A stretch of DNA of 63,225 nt, filler included, from Reticulomyxa filosa (lineage: Eukaryota; Protista; Foraminifera): the NCBI GenBank assembly GCA_000512085.1. It is 24 parts of 24 records of this genome, joined end to end, with 100 filler letters (N's around TTAATTAATTAA, not from the genome) between each part and the next. Parts side by side here need not be neighbours in the genome. Positions count along the whole stretch, not along the records: positions 26,392 to 27,691 come from ASPP01038818.1; positions 27,792 to 28,963 come from ASPP01029375.1; positions 29,064 to 31,719 come from ASPP01008497.1; positions 31,820 to 33,482 come from ASPP01034431.1; positions 33,583 to 36,398 come from ASPP01015908.1; positions 36,499 to 38,704 come from ASPP01034499.1; 18 more parts are not named here. One strand, written 5' to 3'. A model generated the notes under the pieces. It had not been told where the DNA came from. It did no database searches and saw nothing but the letters and a program-made list of their open reading frames with translations. Of the stretch, positions 27,485 to 38,704 are shown one piece after another. Numbering within the stretch: position 1 is the stretch's first letter; each line of letters begins with the position of its first letter. Made by a program: the position numbers and the translations under genes.

Positions 27485-29063
27485 GACGGCCAAGGGGAAA
27501 GGAAATTGCTATTACTGTTTCTTTTTTTTTTTTTTTTTACATTCCGGTCACAAAAATAACAACAAAGAAAAAGTTGCATCTCTAATCTGAAAATAATTCA
27601 AAAAGATTGAGATGAGAGTGAGAAAAGACGAAGAAAGCCAAAGGATTTTTTTTTTTTTGATGAAATCTAAATTCGCCATTCGACCGAGACTNNNNNNNNN
27701 NNNNNNNNNNNNNNNNNNNNNNNNNNNNNNNNNNNTTAATTAATTAANNNNNNNNNNNNNNNNNNNNNNNNNNNNNNNNNNNNNNNNNNNNGGTCCCTCT
27801 CATATGATAGAAGATTGCATGTGGACGCGCTCTAACTTTGTTCACAACCACAAATTTGTGATCCGACTGCATCGCTGCATACAAGTTCAGTTTGGGCAAT
27901 TGCAAGAACATCTTTGATCATCACAAACAGTGCATCGCCATATCTTACCATCATGATTTGGGCAAGTAGTTCATCCAATATATGTATATATGTATATTAT
28001 GTTCTTTTTTTTTCATTCAGTAATCAAATAAGATTATCTTGTTAATACAACGTATACATCATATACATCCATCCTACATTAACATTCCTCTTCTCTTCTT
28101 TTCAAAATAAAACAAAAACTTTTCAGTATTTGTACCTTTATCCTATGAATATTCCATCGTCATCATTTGTAATAGGATTAAGTTGCTCCAATCCTATAAT
28201 TGGCACATCTACACGTTGGTTTGTCCAATGTGAATAATTTTATTTTTGGATACACCAAATTTAGAACGTTTAAAACTGATAAAATGTTTATATGAAAAGA
28301 AAAAAGCTGAAGCTGACTCGTGATTTTGTCGTTAAGCAAGACACAGATGACTATTTCAAGAATAATTCTACATTGTGGTTGTTGTTTGACAATTATTTCT
28401 CTTATAACAAACAATGGTGGCAAAATAGTAGTTAACACCGATGTTGAATTCATCCAATGTAATGCTGAACCTGTCGTCTTCCCCCAATGTATTTGATCAA
28501 AGTTTTGTTTTAAGCTGTAAAAAATCGGTATACGATTCAACGTATACGTTTGTTTAAAAAAAAAAACAGCACTGTCGCTGTAGCGTTTCTGCCACTGGTC
28601 GCAATTGTGGTGACATATCTTTTTTTTCGTTGAGTCTGCTTTGGAAAATCTTAACTTTAAAAGTAATTGCAAACATACAATTACACACACATCTATTATA
28701 AATAAACACTTCCAATTGAAAAGTGATCAAAATCATTTATCTCAATGATTGACCAAAATTTGAAATAATTAATTTATTTCAAACATAAATTTAAACAAAC
28801 ACAATCGAATCTCAAAAATTAATTAAAATGCTATTTATTGTATTATTTGTCAATCATTTTTGAAACATATTTGTCACCACCACTACCATCTGCTAAGCAG
28901 ATGGAATCAAAATATTGTGAATGCGAGTGCAAGAGCTTGATTTGTTCATTATTTACTTTTTATNNNNNNNNNNNNNNNNNNNNNNNNNNNNNNNNNNNNN
29001 NNNNNNNTTAATTAATTAANNNNNNNNNNNNNNNNNNNNNNNNNNNNNNNNNNNNNNNNNNNN

Positions 29064-30158
29064 TTTTTTTTAAAAAAGAGCCTTGAGTACGAAATCAAGA
29101 AAACATACTCGATTCGAATGAATACTGGCATTTTCAATTTCTTTCGTTGGGAGACTGTGAAACAAGCACAATGTCTTGTTCATCAAGCAAAATAAAAACA
29201 TTTTACATACTTTTCACCAAAGTTAATAATTGTGTCATCTATTCATTTCGATAGGCAAAGGAAAAAAGACCGTTAAAAAGAGGTATACGTTGTATAGCAA
29301 TAACACACTATGATTACGCATACATAGCTTTCCGCCGCAGTCCGGCACTGAGCACAATCTTCCAGTATAATGGTCTTTTGGTTTAGATCTGTTTCGACAT
29401 CTGAAATCTCTCAGATATTGCTTTGAGCATTTTTCACAAATTTCCAAATTCGTGTTGCCATGTAATTCTGCCAGCTTGTTTATTGGGAATCCACTTCGAC
29501 GGTGTAGACCATCTATAAAAAAAAAAAGAGTATGATGTTATTGCACTTCCACAAACATCAAAGAACTTCCGATTACCAGTATTTTGCGAAATCAGATATT
29601 TCAGTATTTTCTCATTCGCTAACTTTACCAACGACATATGCTATACAATACAATATAAAAAAGGGTTTCTTTTGTTTTTTTTCTCTTTTTGTATTTCTGT
29701 GGTTCTTCAAAACTGTGAATGTCGGCAATGCTTTCAATACTTGCGTAGTTTTTGCTGGTTTTGTTACTTCAATGCCTTTTTGCTTAGCGGCATCTCTTGC
29801 CCATTTTCCTGCTCCCGTTTCCAATGTTGTATTAACTCCTAATTTTTTTGTTTGTAATAATTTTTTGGGGAGGTCTTTTTTCTTTAAAAAAAAGTTAAAC
29901 TTACCACTTCTAAAATCTGGAATCCTTTTTTATACACAAAACAAACAATTACAACAAAAAGTCCATTAATCAATACCAAAATTGAGGTAAAAAATATATC
30001 ACGTACCCCGCTGCAGTGCTAACCCCTGCTCCTGTGAACGCAATGAAATGTTTACTATTTCTCACAAATTCTGCTAACTGAGCCACCTTTTTCTTTAAAG
30101 TCTCTTCATCGTCAAAATATTCACGTTCTTCTGCATTTGTGCGCGCCGTATAAGCCAT
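29064..30158 (-). CDS. Class IV sirtuin (SIRT6/7-like NAD-dependent deacylase), multi-exon, partial
   Basis: [28 protein letters not shown]|IPDFR; SQNT|DGLHRRSG; ELHGN; CEKC...C..PDCGG zinc module. Confidence 0.93.
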
Positions 30159-30754
30159 TTTATTTCACGTAAGACAAAAAATTTTATAGCTTTCGTTCGA
30201 ACTTTTTCAGCCCTAGGTTTTGTTTCTCGGAGGGGAGGATTGACTTGCGTTTTTGAAGAATAACTTTCACAACCAATCTTCTTACTAATATTGGAATTTA
30301 TGATCAAATGCAATTGTCGACGATGAAAGAATTCATTAAACACAAAAAAACAACACATTTTCACGCAAACTCCACACATTTAATTGACATTTATGCAATT
30401 TTTATTGCTGACATTTTTGGCTTAGGAAGAAATTTTCAGTAAATTTGTTGAAACAAACGAGGAACATAAAAGTTTTTTGAAAAGACGCAAACAGGCTCGC
30501 TTGTAGGTCAACAAACGTAACTTGAAAAAAACAAAGACAAAAACAAAAAAAAAACAATTAGAATGGATAACAACAATTCGAAAGCTATTTTGATAAGTGC
30601 ATTAAATAACAATGCAATAGAAGTCCCTGTACTGTTAAGTATTCATGTGTGAAAATATTTTCTGGATGACCAAAACATTGTGCATAGACTATTGGAATAA
30701 AAAGTAGTATTACAAAGCGCAAATAAAAAAAAAAAAGAAGAAGAAGAAGAAAAG

Positions 30755-31679
30755 TTACACAGATTCGAATTCTCTCCTTCTGCAATAGACCTTGAGTAGA
30801 GTGAGAATTTTGGTTTGTTCCCTCCAATTGCGAGCAGTTAAAGTGCAAATAAGTTGGAGATTGTCCCTCGCGGCAATAGTGATGGAATACATCCGTCCGT
30901 AAGATTTGACATGTTGTGGTTCAAAAAAAGAAGGAAGAGTAGCGGGATTAGATGGAGGAACATTCAACAAAAACTGTCCAGGTTGTAATACGACAGAATA
31001 GCGATTTTGATGGTTACGACGGAATGTGAGCACACCGGTGACGACATTGAAATGGACCTCAAACTTGCGATGATGACAAAGTGTCGGAATGGATACGTAC
31101 ATGATCCAAGCATTATCGATATTTTGCGCAGTGGGCTTTTTGGAATATTGAAGAAACACGTGCTTCCTCCACAGCAAGCGATAAAAAGAGAGACGATCAA
31201 ACAGAGTCTCCTTCAGCATTTTGGGCTCGACATGGAAGCGAATATTCGAAAAGGCATTATACATGGCAGTCTTGGTAAACATGGCGACAAAGTCATCGTG
31301 ATGCCAAGGATTGCAATAAGCGCCAGGATGGAACTGATACAATTCAAACATGTCCACCCAAACGTTGCACATTTGCTTTTGGAAAGTGGTGATGATGGAT
31401 TGAGTGGTATGCGTCGTGTTAGTATTGAAGCGTCCATACCATTGACTACGTTGCGAACACAGAGATATGGGCAGCAGACTGGGCGTGGTCAAAAGAGATT
31501 GAGTGTTCCATGTGGACGAATGGCAATTGCGCAGCTCTTCACACCACACGACGGTCCGAAACATTCCACTCAACGACTCGGAGCGCAAAGGCGATCTTGC
31601 CCATTCATTGGATATCGTGACAATTCTGGATGAAAGAAAGCATTCCTGGCAATCGATATCTCTGTACACATCACCGCCA

Positions 31680-31719
<40 letters not shown>
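30755..31719 (-). CDS. Hypothetical protein, partial
   Basis: 304-aa open frame with coding-like composition in an AT-rich context; no motif recognised. Confidence 0.5.
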
Positions 31720-32619
31720 NNNNNNNNNNNNNNNNNNNNNNNNNNNNNNNNNNNNNNNNNNNNTTAATTAATTAANNNNNNNNNNNNNNNNNNNNNNNNN
31801 NNNNNNNNNNNNNNNNNNNAAAAAAAAAAGGCTAATAAAAGGATTTTTGCTTTTATCAGCCTGTATTTTGAGTTTAAAATACTTTTGATTGCTATCCAAA
31901 ATAAGATGCAATCGTCTGTCGAAAGCAACAACAGGGACATCATTAAACAGATTGACAAATCCTAATTCATTAATTAAAAATTTGATGAATTCAATGGGTA
32001 ATCAAAGAAATTGAGGTTTATCAGAAGTCGAAAAAAAAATAAATTTTTATATTATCATCATTAACGATCGTTGTGAAAAATTGTCACCATTTGGCAACGT
32101 TTTTGTTGCAATTCATTTTAGGGCTATTGTCGTCGGTCTGCATCTTGCGTAGTGTGTGACTGTGAGAGGTAGAAATGCTTTAAAACTTACCGCGTATATT
32201 GACCTCAGTTGCTTTAAGTGTAACGAGGTGCAAACTTCTGGTAATTGAGATAGTAATTCCTTTACTGGCAACGGGCGGCTTGTGAGTGTATCGATCCTAA
32301 AAAAAAATAAAAATATATATATAGCCCCCTTCATCATCATTTTCAACTTGCTGAAAAGTTGTTTTTGGAAGGGAATTGAAGTTAGACAAGTCAAGATACT
32401 CAAGCATCTATCAAGTTTTGAAGTTAATTTTGAAAATAGGTATTTGAGATTTTGAAAGATATTTACTTAGGAATTTTCCTGAAGAAAGTTATTTTATTGG
32501 ACATTTTTTGGATAAATTAATTTGAATATTTATTTGAAACACTCGAAAAGGGTCATTGGAAAATTGAAAATTTGTTATTTGGGAAGAATTTTTGATTGGA
32601 TTTTAATTGAATTTTGATA

Positions 32620-33470
32620 TTTTTTCGTTGGAATAATCATTGGAATCAAGAAGAAGAATATAATAGTTTAAAGGCTTATGGAAGAACAAAGCAGAGTGGT
32701 AAATCGACTGGCGATTCATTATTATCATTGACTGATAATATGCAGTCGCACAATCAAAGCGCAAGAGGAACTGAACGATGAAAACATATGGAAGGAAGGC
32801 AAGAAAACAAGAAAAGATTACTTCTGCATGTGAATGGAAAAGAACTGGTGTTGCAGACATCCATTCTGAAATTCATTGGCGTAAAAGAAAACAAGCATCT
32901 GTTTCTGTTCGATATTCAAAAAAGATCGTTTCTGAACAATTGGAGAAACGGAAGCAAGAAATATCGAATCCTGAAACGAATCCATGCTATTGAAAAATGT
33001 GTCAAAACGGGGATCTACTCAAGAAGTTGTTGATGCATTAGTTATTTTCTCAATTTAAATCGATGAACTCGAACAAGATTTCAGTTATTCCTGCATTGGT
33101 AAAATCAACAGGAAATATTGCAAAGACCCAGTTGAAAATGAAATTACTGCTGTGATTGATATGAACATAGATGAAGAAATGAGTTGTTATCCATTATGGG
33201 ATGAGTATCATCAAATGGATATCAATGAAGAAGAAATAATTGAGCATTGATATATTTCATCCCACAAGGCTCAAGGACCAGATAATATTCATCCAATTCC
33301 AAAACCAGATCGAGATCATAGCATCTGAAGAAATCTTAAATTCATTGGATGAAAGCACAATTGCAATATTTGCGGACGGAAGTAGGACTTGGAGGAGCAG
33401 GATTGGTCATCCAAGATCCATTTCGGTCGCAATGGATCGAATCAAAGGAATTACAACAATGTACTTTTTT
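32620..33470 (+). mobile_element. Degenerate non-LTR retroelement relic with the start of RNase H
   Basis: STIAIFADGS followed, in a shifted frame, by GLGGAGLVIQDP; many stops and frameshifts. Confidence 0.55.
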
Positions 33471-33582
33471 AAATTTTTTTTTNNNNNNNNNNNNNNNNNN
33501 NNNNNNNNNNNNNNNNNNNNNNNNNNTTAATTAATTAANNNNNNNNNNNNNNNNNNNNNNNNNNNNNNNNNNNNNNNNNNNN

Positions 33583-35918
33583 AAAAAAAAAGATAAACTT
33601 GATGCAATTTTTTGAACATGTTTGGCCACCCAATCAGTAGGTCTTTGAGTCAGACCATCAGTGACCAAAGAGCCAATAAAATCTGCTTGCTTTTGCGAAT
33701 TGTCAATTTGAGCTTTGATTTCTGCCATGACTTGATCAGTCATAACACCATTGCTCGTAGCCTTGTAATATTGCAAGGTGACACGAACAGGGTAGCGCTT
33801 ATCACGTATCAAAGGCACACTGAAACCGTTCATTTCTTCAAATCTCAGTGCTTCTTTCCCACATAATTCACATAGTGTGTGGCCTGAGCTTTTCGGACTG
33901 TTTGATAGTTTTCGTTTTGTTTTTTTGTTTTTTTTTTTTTGCAAAGGGATTTGTTGTTATTGTTGTTGAGAGGATTAAAAAATATTTTTTTTTTTTTTTT
34001 TTTTTTACCATTGGTACACCATAGATTCGACACCTCCAGCTCGACTACAAAGAGAACAGGCGTACTGTCCTCTAGCAATGCGTGAATAGTCCATGGCTTC
34101 ATCAAATTGACATAAGGGACAAAGGGGGAACTCTATGGCCTTGACTTTGATAATAACAGATTCCACGTTCATTCTCGCGTTTGTATTTGCACTCGGATTT
34201 GGACCGCTTCCGTTGTGCACCAGCACTCCATTTGCAAACATGTTTTCATTCGACGAAGCGACGTATACTGCAAACACTTTCGGCAACAATGGAGTCTGAT
34301 TCGAATGTATGAACTGAACGTCGATATTCGAGATGAATACACTCTTTAATGAACAAGAGTCATCATCATCATCATCATCATCATCATCGTCGTCATCGTT
34401 GTGAAGAGGAATCATTTCATCTCCAATGGCCAAGGCTTGAGGATACGTACCATTTGGCTCGACACAACAGTATTTATTCTTATTTTTTACAAAAATGGGA
34501 TGGTTGACTGTTGTTGTCAAAGTTTGGCCATTTGACAAATGAATGATCGCATATTCATTGACTTGATATGTTTCCACGAGTCGAACCACTGTGGGTTCCA
34601 ACGAACTTGTCTTGCAGTTATATGAGATGATGGCATCTCCGACCTTGATTTCTTCAATCGCTTTTGTTTTCTTTTCGCTGATGGTAACCTTTTATTCCAA
34701 TCAAAGATATGTAAAGAGATATGAAAGGGGTTATTATTATTATTATAACCAAAAAAAAGGAAGGGAAAAAAAATAAACTTGAGTCCCAACAAAAAACATC
34801 CTCCTCGCAATCGAAGGACTAGATAAACAGTATAACCAGTTCGGATTTTGTAATCGGCAATGGAAAGATTGTCCCTTAATTGCAGCCCAGCAAATGTAAG
34901 ACTCTGCTGTTCCGAAGGGAAGCTTTTTTTGTCTTGGATCAATGCCTTGGTTTCGGCAATGGTAGTGTGCGGAAAGACAGAGATGGAAAAATCTGTTCCA
35001 GTCAATGTTCGAATCCTTAGAATCATTTCATTTTCATTTATGAGCACCGGCACTTGAACAATCGCAATGACATTCTGTTGTTTTTCTTTCATTGTCATCT
35101 CGCCCTCGACCTTCTTTTCGTCCGAGCTAGTATCCATCTTGCGATAGTCTGTCAATCTTTGTCCCAAGAACGCAGCTTTTGTCCCATGTTTGTTGAAAAA
35201 CAATTTTTGATTGCCATGTCGAATGAGCTGTGCTGATGTGCCCTTGCTTGTGCTTACAATGGTCAGCACCGACGGGGAGCATCGAGACGCCTGATAATTG
35301 TAAAGTGATACATTGAAAGGGGCTTCCACATTATCCCCATCTGGTATTGGCAACATACAACACTGGGCCGACATGATCACATGCGTATCCTCCTTTTCGT
35401 TACATAAATTCATTCGCATTATCTTACCGGCTCCATCTTTCAATGGATAGGACATGTACTCATGCACGTTTTTCAAGTATTCACTCAGTGTTATTGTCTT
35501 AAACGTCGCTTTTTTTTTGTCACTATCCGGCTCTGCCAATTGCTCATTTCCTATCACCAATGGAATCTTTTCCATTCTTACGTCCCAAGTTTTGTCGCTG
35601 AAATTTGAGTAGCGAATCACCGGCATTCTGGTCTTATCCACTTGCAATGTCATGTCTGATATGTTTGGTCCCCAACACGACTTCTTGTTTCTTGCTGTAT
35701 CTTCCCATGATATATTCACAATATCCAGGCCAGCTTTCGTCGCACATTTCTTTGCTTGTGATGAACCTATTGGGATAAAACATTACGTGTACGTATGTGG
35801 TACGTGCGACACAGAAAACTTTTTGTGTTCCTACTTTTGTTATTTACTCACTTGAGGCCATTTCTTTTACAAGGCTAATAACATCTTGTTGGGATTTATC
35901 TTTAGGAACTTGAGTCAT
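33583..35918 (-). CDS. Multi-exon protein: conserved host domain (N half), ubiquitin-like domain (LRLRGG), intein-like Hint domain, zinc finger, host domain (C half); 3' truncated
   Basis: ATG at 35918; GT-AG introns at about 35768-35851, 34689-34778 and 33898-34008. Ubl 34799-35026; Hint 34212-34798 (C1, KAIEEIKVGD, TTTVNHPIFV, FANGVLVHN); Cys cluster 33861-34121. Confidence 0.85.
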
Positions 35919-36498
35919 TTCAGCACTTCGAAGGAATTTTTTAAAAAAAATGTAACCAACAAAACAAGTCTTTTTTAACTGTCTGGGACAACAACAGACT
36001 TTTTTTGCGTGTACATTGAATAATCGTACTAACTACTTTCAATGTAACACAGCCACTCCTCAATCGTCAACTAATTGACATTATTAAATCACTATCTTCA
36101 ATTATAACAAACAGCAAAAACAAAATGAAAATAAAATATAATGATATTGAGACAATTAAATTAATAATTCAACCTGGCGAATTAAAAAAAATGCTTGTAA
36201 ATAAAATACTGATTTTCGTTTCCAATAAAAAACAAGAAATTATGGGCGAACTTGTAGGTTTGTATCAAAGTAATGTCCAAATTTCAATTTACTAGTTAAT
36301 TTTTGAGTGAAAATTAATTAATATATGACTTGGCTTAATACATCGACAACAAGTAATTTGAGTATCATTGTTTGTGAATGACGTTACGTTCTTCAACTNN
36401 NNNNNNNNNNNNNNNNNNNNNNNNNNNNNNNNNNNNNNNNNNTTAATTAATTAANNNNNNNNNNNNNNNNNNNNNNNNNNNNNNNNNNNNNNNNNNNN

Positions 36499-36747
36499 GA
36501 ATATTCACCATTTATAATAAAGAATAGCAATGAAGTTGTTGGGAATAATGTGATATGTTATGGTTCATGTGATAATACAATTCTTTTTTGTGATATTCGA
36601 TCAAATAAGGAGGAATTATATGTGATCAAAGGAGATAATGGAATAATATGTCTTAAATTTCTATTACCAAAGAAGAAAGAAAAAAACAGTATCAATTTAT
36701 ATTACGGTTCAGTTAAAGGTACTATTCCAGCTTGGGGAAAACATTAA
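36499..36747 (+). CDS. WD40 family C-terminal fragment
   Basis: ICYGSCDNTILFCDIRSNKEELYVIKG..IPAWG; paralogous to 38463-38704 and 52783-53286. Confidence 0.7.
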   Translation, partial: EYSPFIIKNSNEVVGNNVICYGSCDNTILFCDIRSNKEELYVIKGDNGIICLKFLLPKKKEKNSINLYYGSVKGTIPAWGKH

Positions 36748-37188
36748 TCTTCAACAAGAAATGTAACTTTTTTGAAATTTGTTTGTATTAACTCTTTACA
36801 CTATGTTTTATAAAAAGGACTAAGTTTTGAAATAAAAGTGTTATTTCTTTTTAGGAAAATAAAAATTAATCATAACACAAATTATAGAATCATTATTAGC
36901 CATTTTTGTTTTGATCCATTTTTGTCCTTGTCAACATGGCAAACCGTTATAATAATTCAATTGTTTTATTGATACCTCCTTTACAGCAATAATCAAATAC
37001 AAAATAAATAAGATTGAATGGATTCCACATTGCACTTATTTGCTCATATTTTTTTTTAAATTCAAAATATTGTAAAAGTATATTTGAACAGCAATAAATG
37101 TATATATTATTCCTTATTTGCTTTAACATAAAGGCTTTTAACTCAAAAATTATCAATATCCTTGTTCATTTTCTGATTTTAATATAAA

Positions 37189-37569
37189 TCAGTTACTTCG
37201 AATACAATAACTAATTGGTAAAGTATCATGTTTAATAAATTGAAACGTATTTAAATCAAACATACTAATAATATTATCAGAATAAGTGATAAATAACAAA
37301 TGATCATTGCTTCCCCCAATCACTGTACGTATTTCAACATAAGTACCATACCCTCTTCCAATGATAATTGGATGATTGTTATTGTCTATGAAGGGAATCC
37401 ATTCATTGTAATTTTTTGATTTCATTTCATTGTCATTGTCACTATTCCGAACACTTATATATTTCATCACCAATATATGCTCATTGTCTCTGTACCAGTC
37501 AGATCTAAAAGATAGCAAAATGACTCCATTTCTGTCTTTGTTGTTATTATTATTATCTTCCAGTTTCAC
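37189..37569 (-). pseudogene. Kelch-like beta-propeller family fragment
   Basis: ILVMKYISV..YNEWIPF..VIGGSNDHLLFITY..FDLNTFQFIKHDTLP; no intact start or continuation. Confidence 0.55.
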
Positions 37570-38462
37570 TACACCGTGATAGAAATGTTTTTCAGCTTCT
37601 GAATGTTGGATGATAACAAAAAGTATACTGAGTTTTTATTTTATTTTGGAGCTTTTTTACACTTTAAAAAATACTCCTTTTTTTTTTTGAAAAGATTTTT
37701 TATGAATTTTTTACAATTTTAAAAGTTTAATGAATTTATTTGTAGAAGAAAATAAACAAATTTGTGGGCTTTCTAATCTCTTTTCATCAAATATAATACG
37801 AGAAATAGATTTTCTTCTTGACCAAAGTGCAAAATATTACTAAAGAAAATATTTAAATAATAACTCAACAACATCAATACAATTTTGTTCTTTTTTCATT
37901 TTTGTTTCATAAAAAATCAAACTACCTTTTTTTGGATACTGTTGTGATCAAAATGCATTCTTTCATTATGTGATTATAGAATTTTCGCCTCTTTAAATGC
38001 TTTAGACTAAGTTGAATATTATATTATTAAATAACTTGGCATATTTAAAAATCATTTTATCTAAGTCATATTCATCCTCTTTTAATAATATTCTTACATT
38101 GTCGATGTTCCATCTAAAATGATTCAAAATTAGTTTGTGTGAAATTTTTATAAAGAATCAATATAATCCATTTCAAATTATATTTATTGATTAAAAAACT
38201 GTATTTACTTTGTTATCTGCCTTTCAAATTTAGTGCACCTTTTCCCTTTTCTACACCTTGCCATTTGAATACCATTTTCATTTGTTGTGCTTTTCAATTC
38301 TATAAAACATTGAATGCACCATTTCATTTTTTTTAACAACAAAGTAAGATAAAGCACATCTTTAATTATTACATTCAATTAAATAAAACATGTTTAATAT
38401 ACTTTTTTTAATCAAACTTTTCAAACAAAAACACTTTCATTTCTTATTCGGCAAAAAGTAAA

Positions 38463-38704
38463 TTATCCCCAAATACGAATGAGACCATTATTTGAACAAT
38501 AACACAAATTTAAATCATACGTAACATTTTTTGTATTATCTTTCTTTTTCAATCCAATAAATTTAAGATAATATATTCCACTATTATTATTTTTTTCATC
38601 TCCTTTGATCATATACAATTCAGCCTTATTTGATCGAGTATCCCAAAAACGAATTGTACCATCTTCTGATCCAGAACATATCACATTTGAATTACCAATA
38701 CTAT
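38463..38704 (-). CDS. WD40 family C-terminal fragment
   Basis: ICSGSEDGTIRFWDTRSNK..LIRIWG. Confidence 0.8.

Noticed and set aside
27792-28963. Cys-rich short frames and ORF 28178-28690
   Set aside because: Interrupted by stops with no recognisable family; likely non-coding or decayed.
31007-31633. 208-aa plus-strand ORF overlapping the minus-strand ORF
   Set aside because: No recognisable motif; probably an antisense shadow, like those at 1537-2187, 11178-11681 and 21630-22170.
34212-34798. Canonical mobile intein or Hedgehog protein
   Set aside because: There is no homing endonuclease, no +1 Cys/Ser/Thr, and no Hedge or sterol-recognition region.
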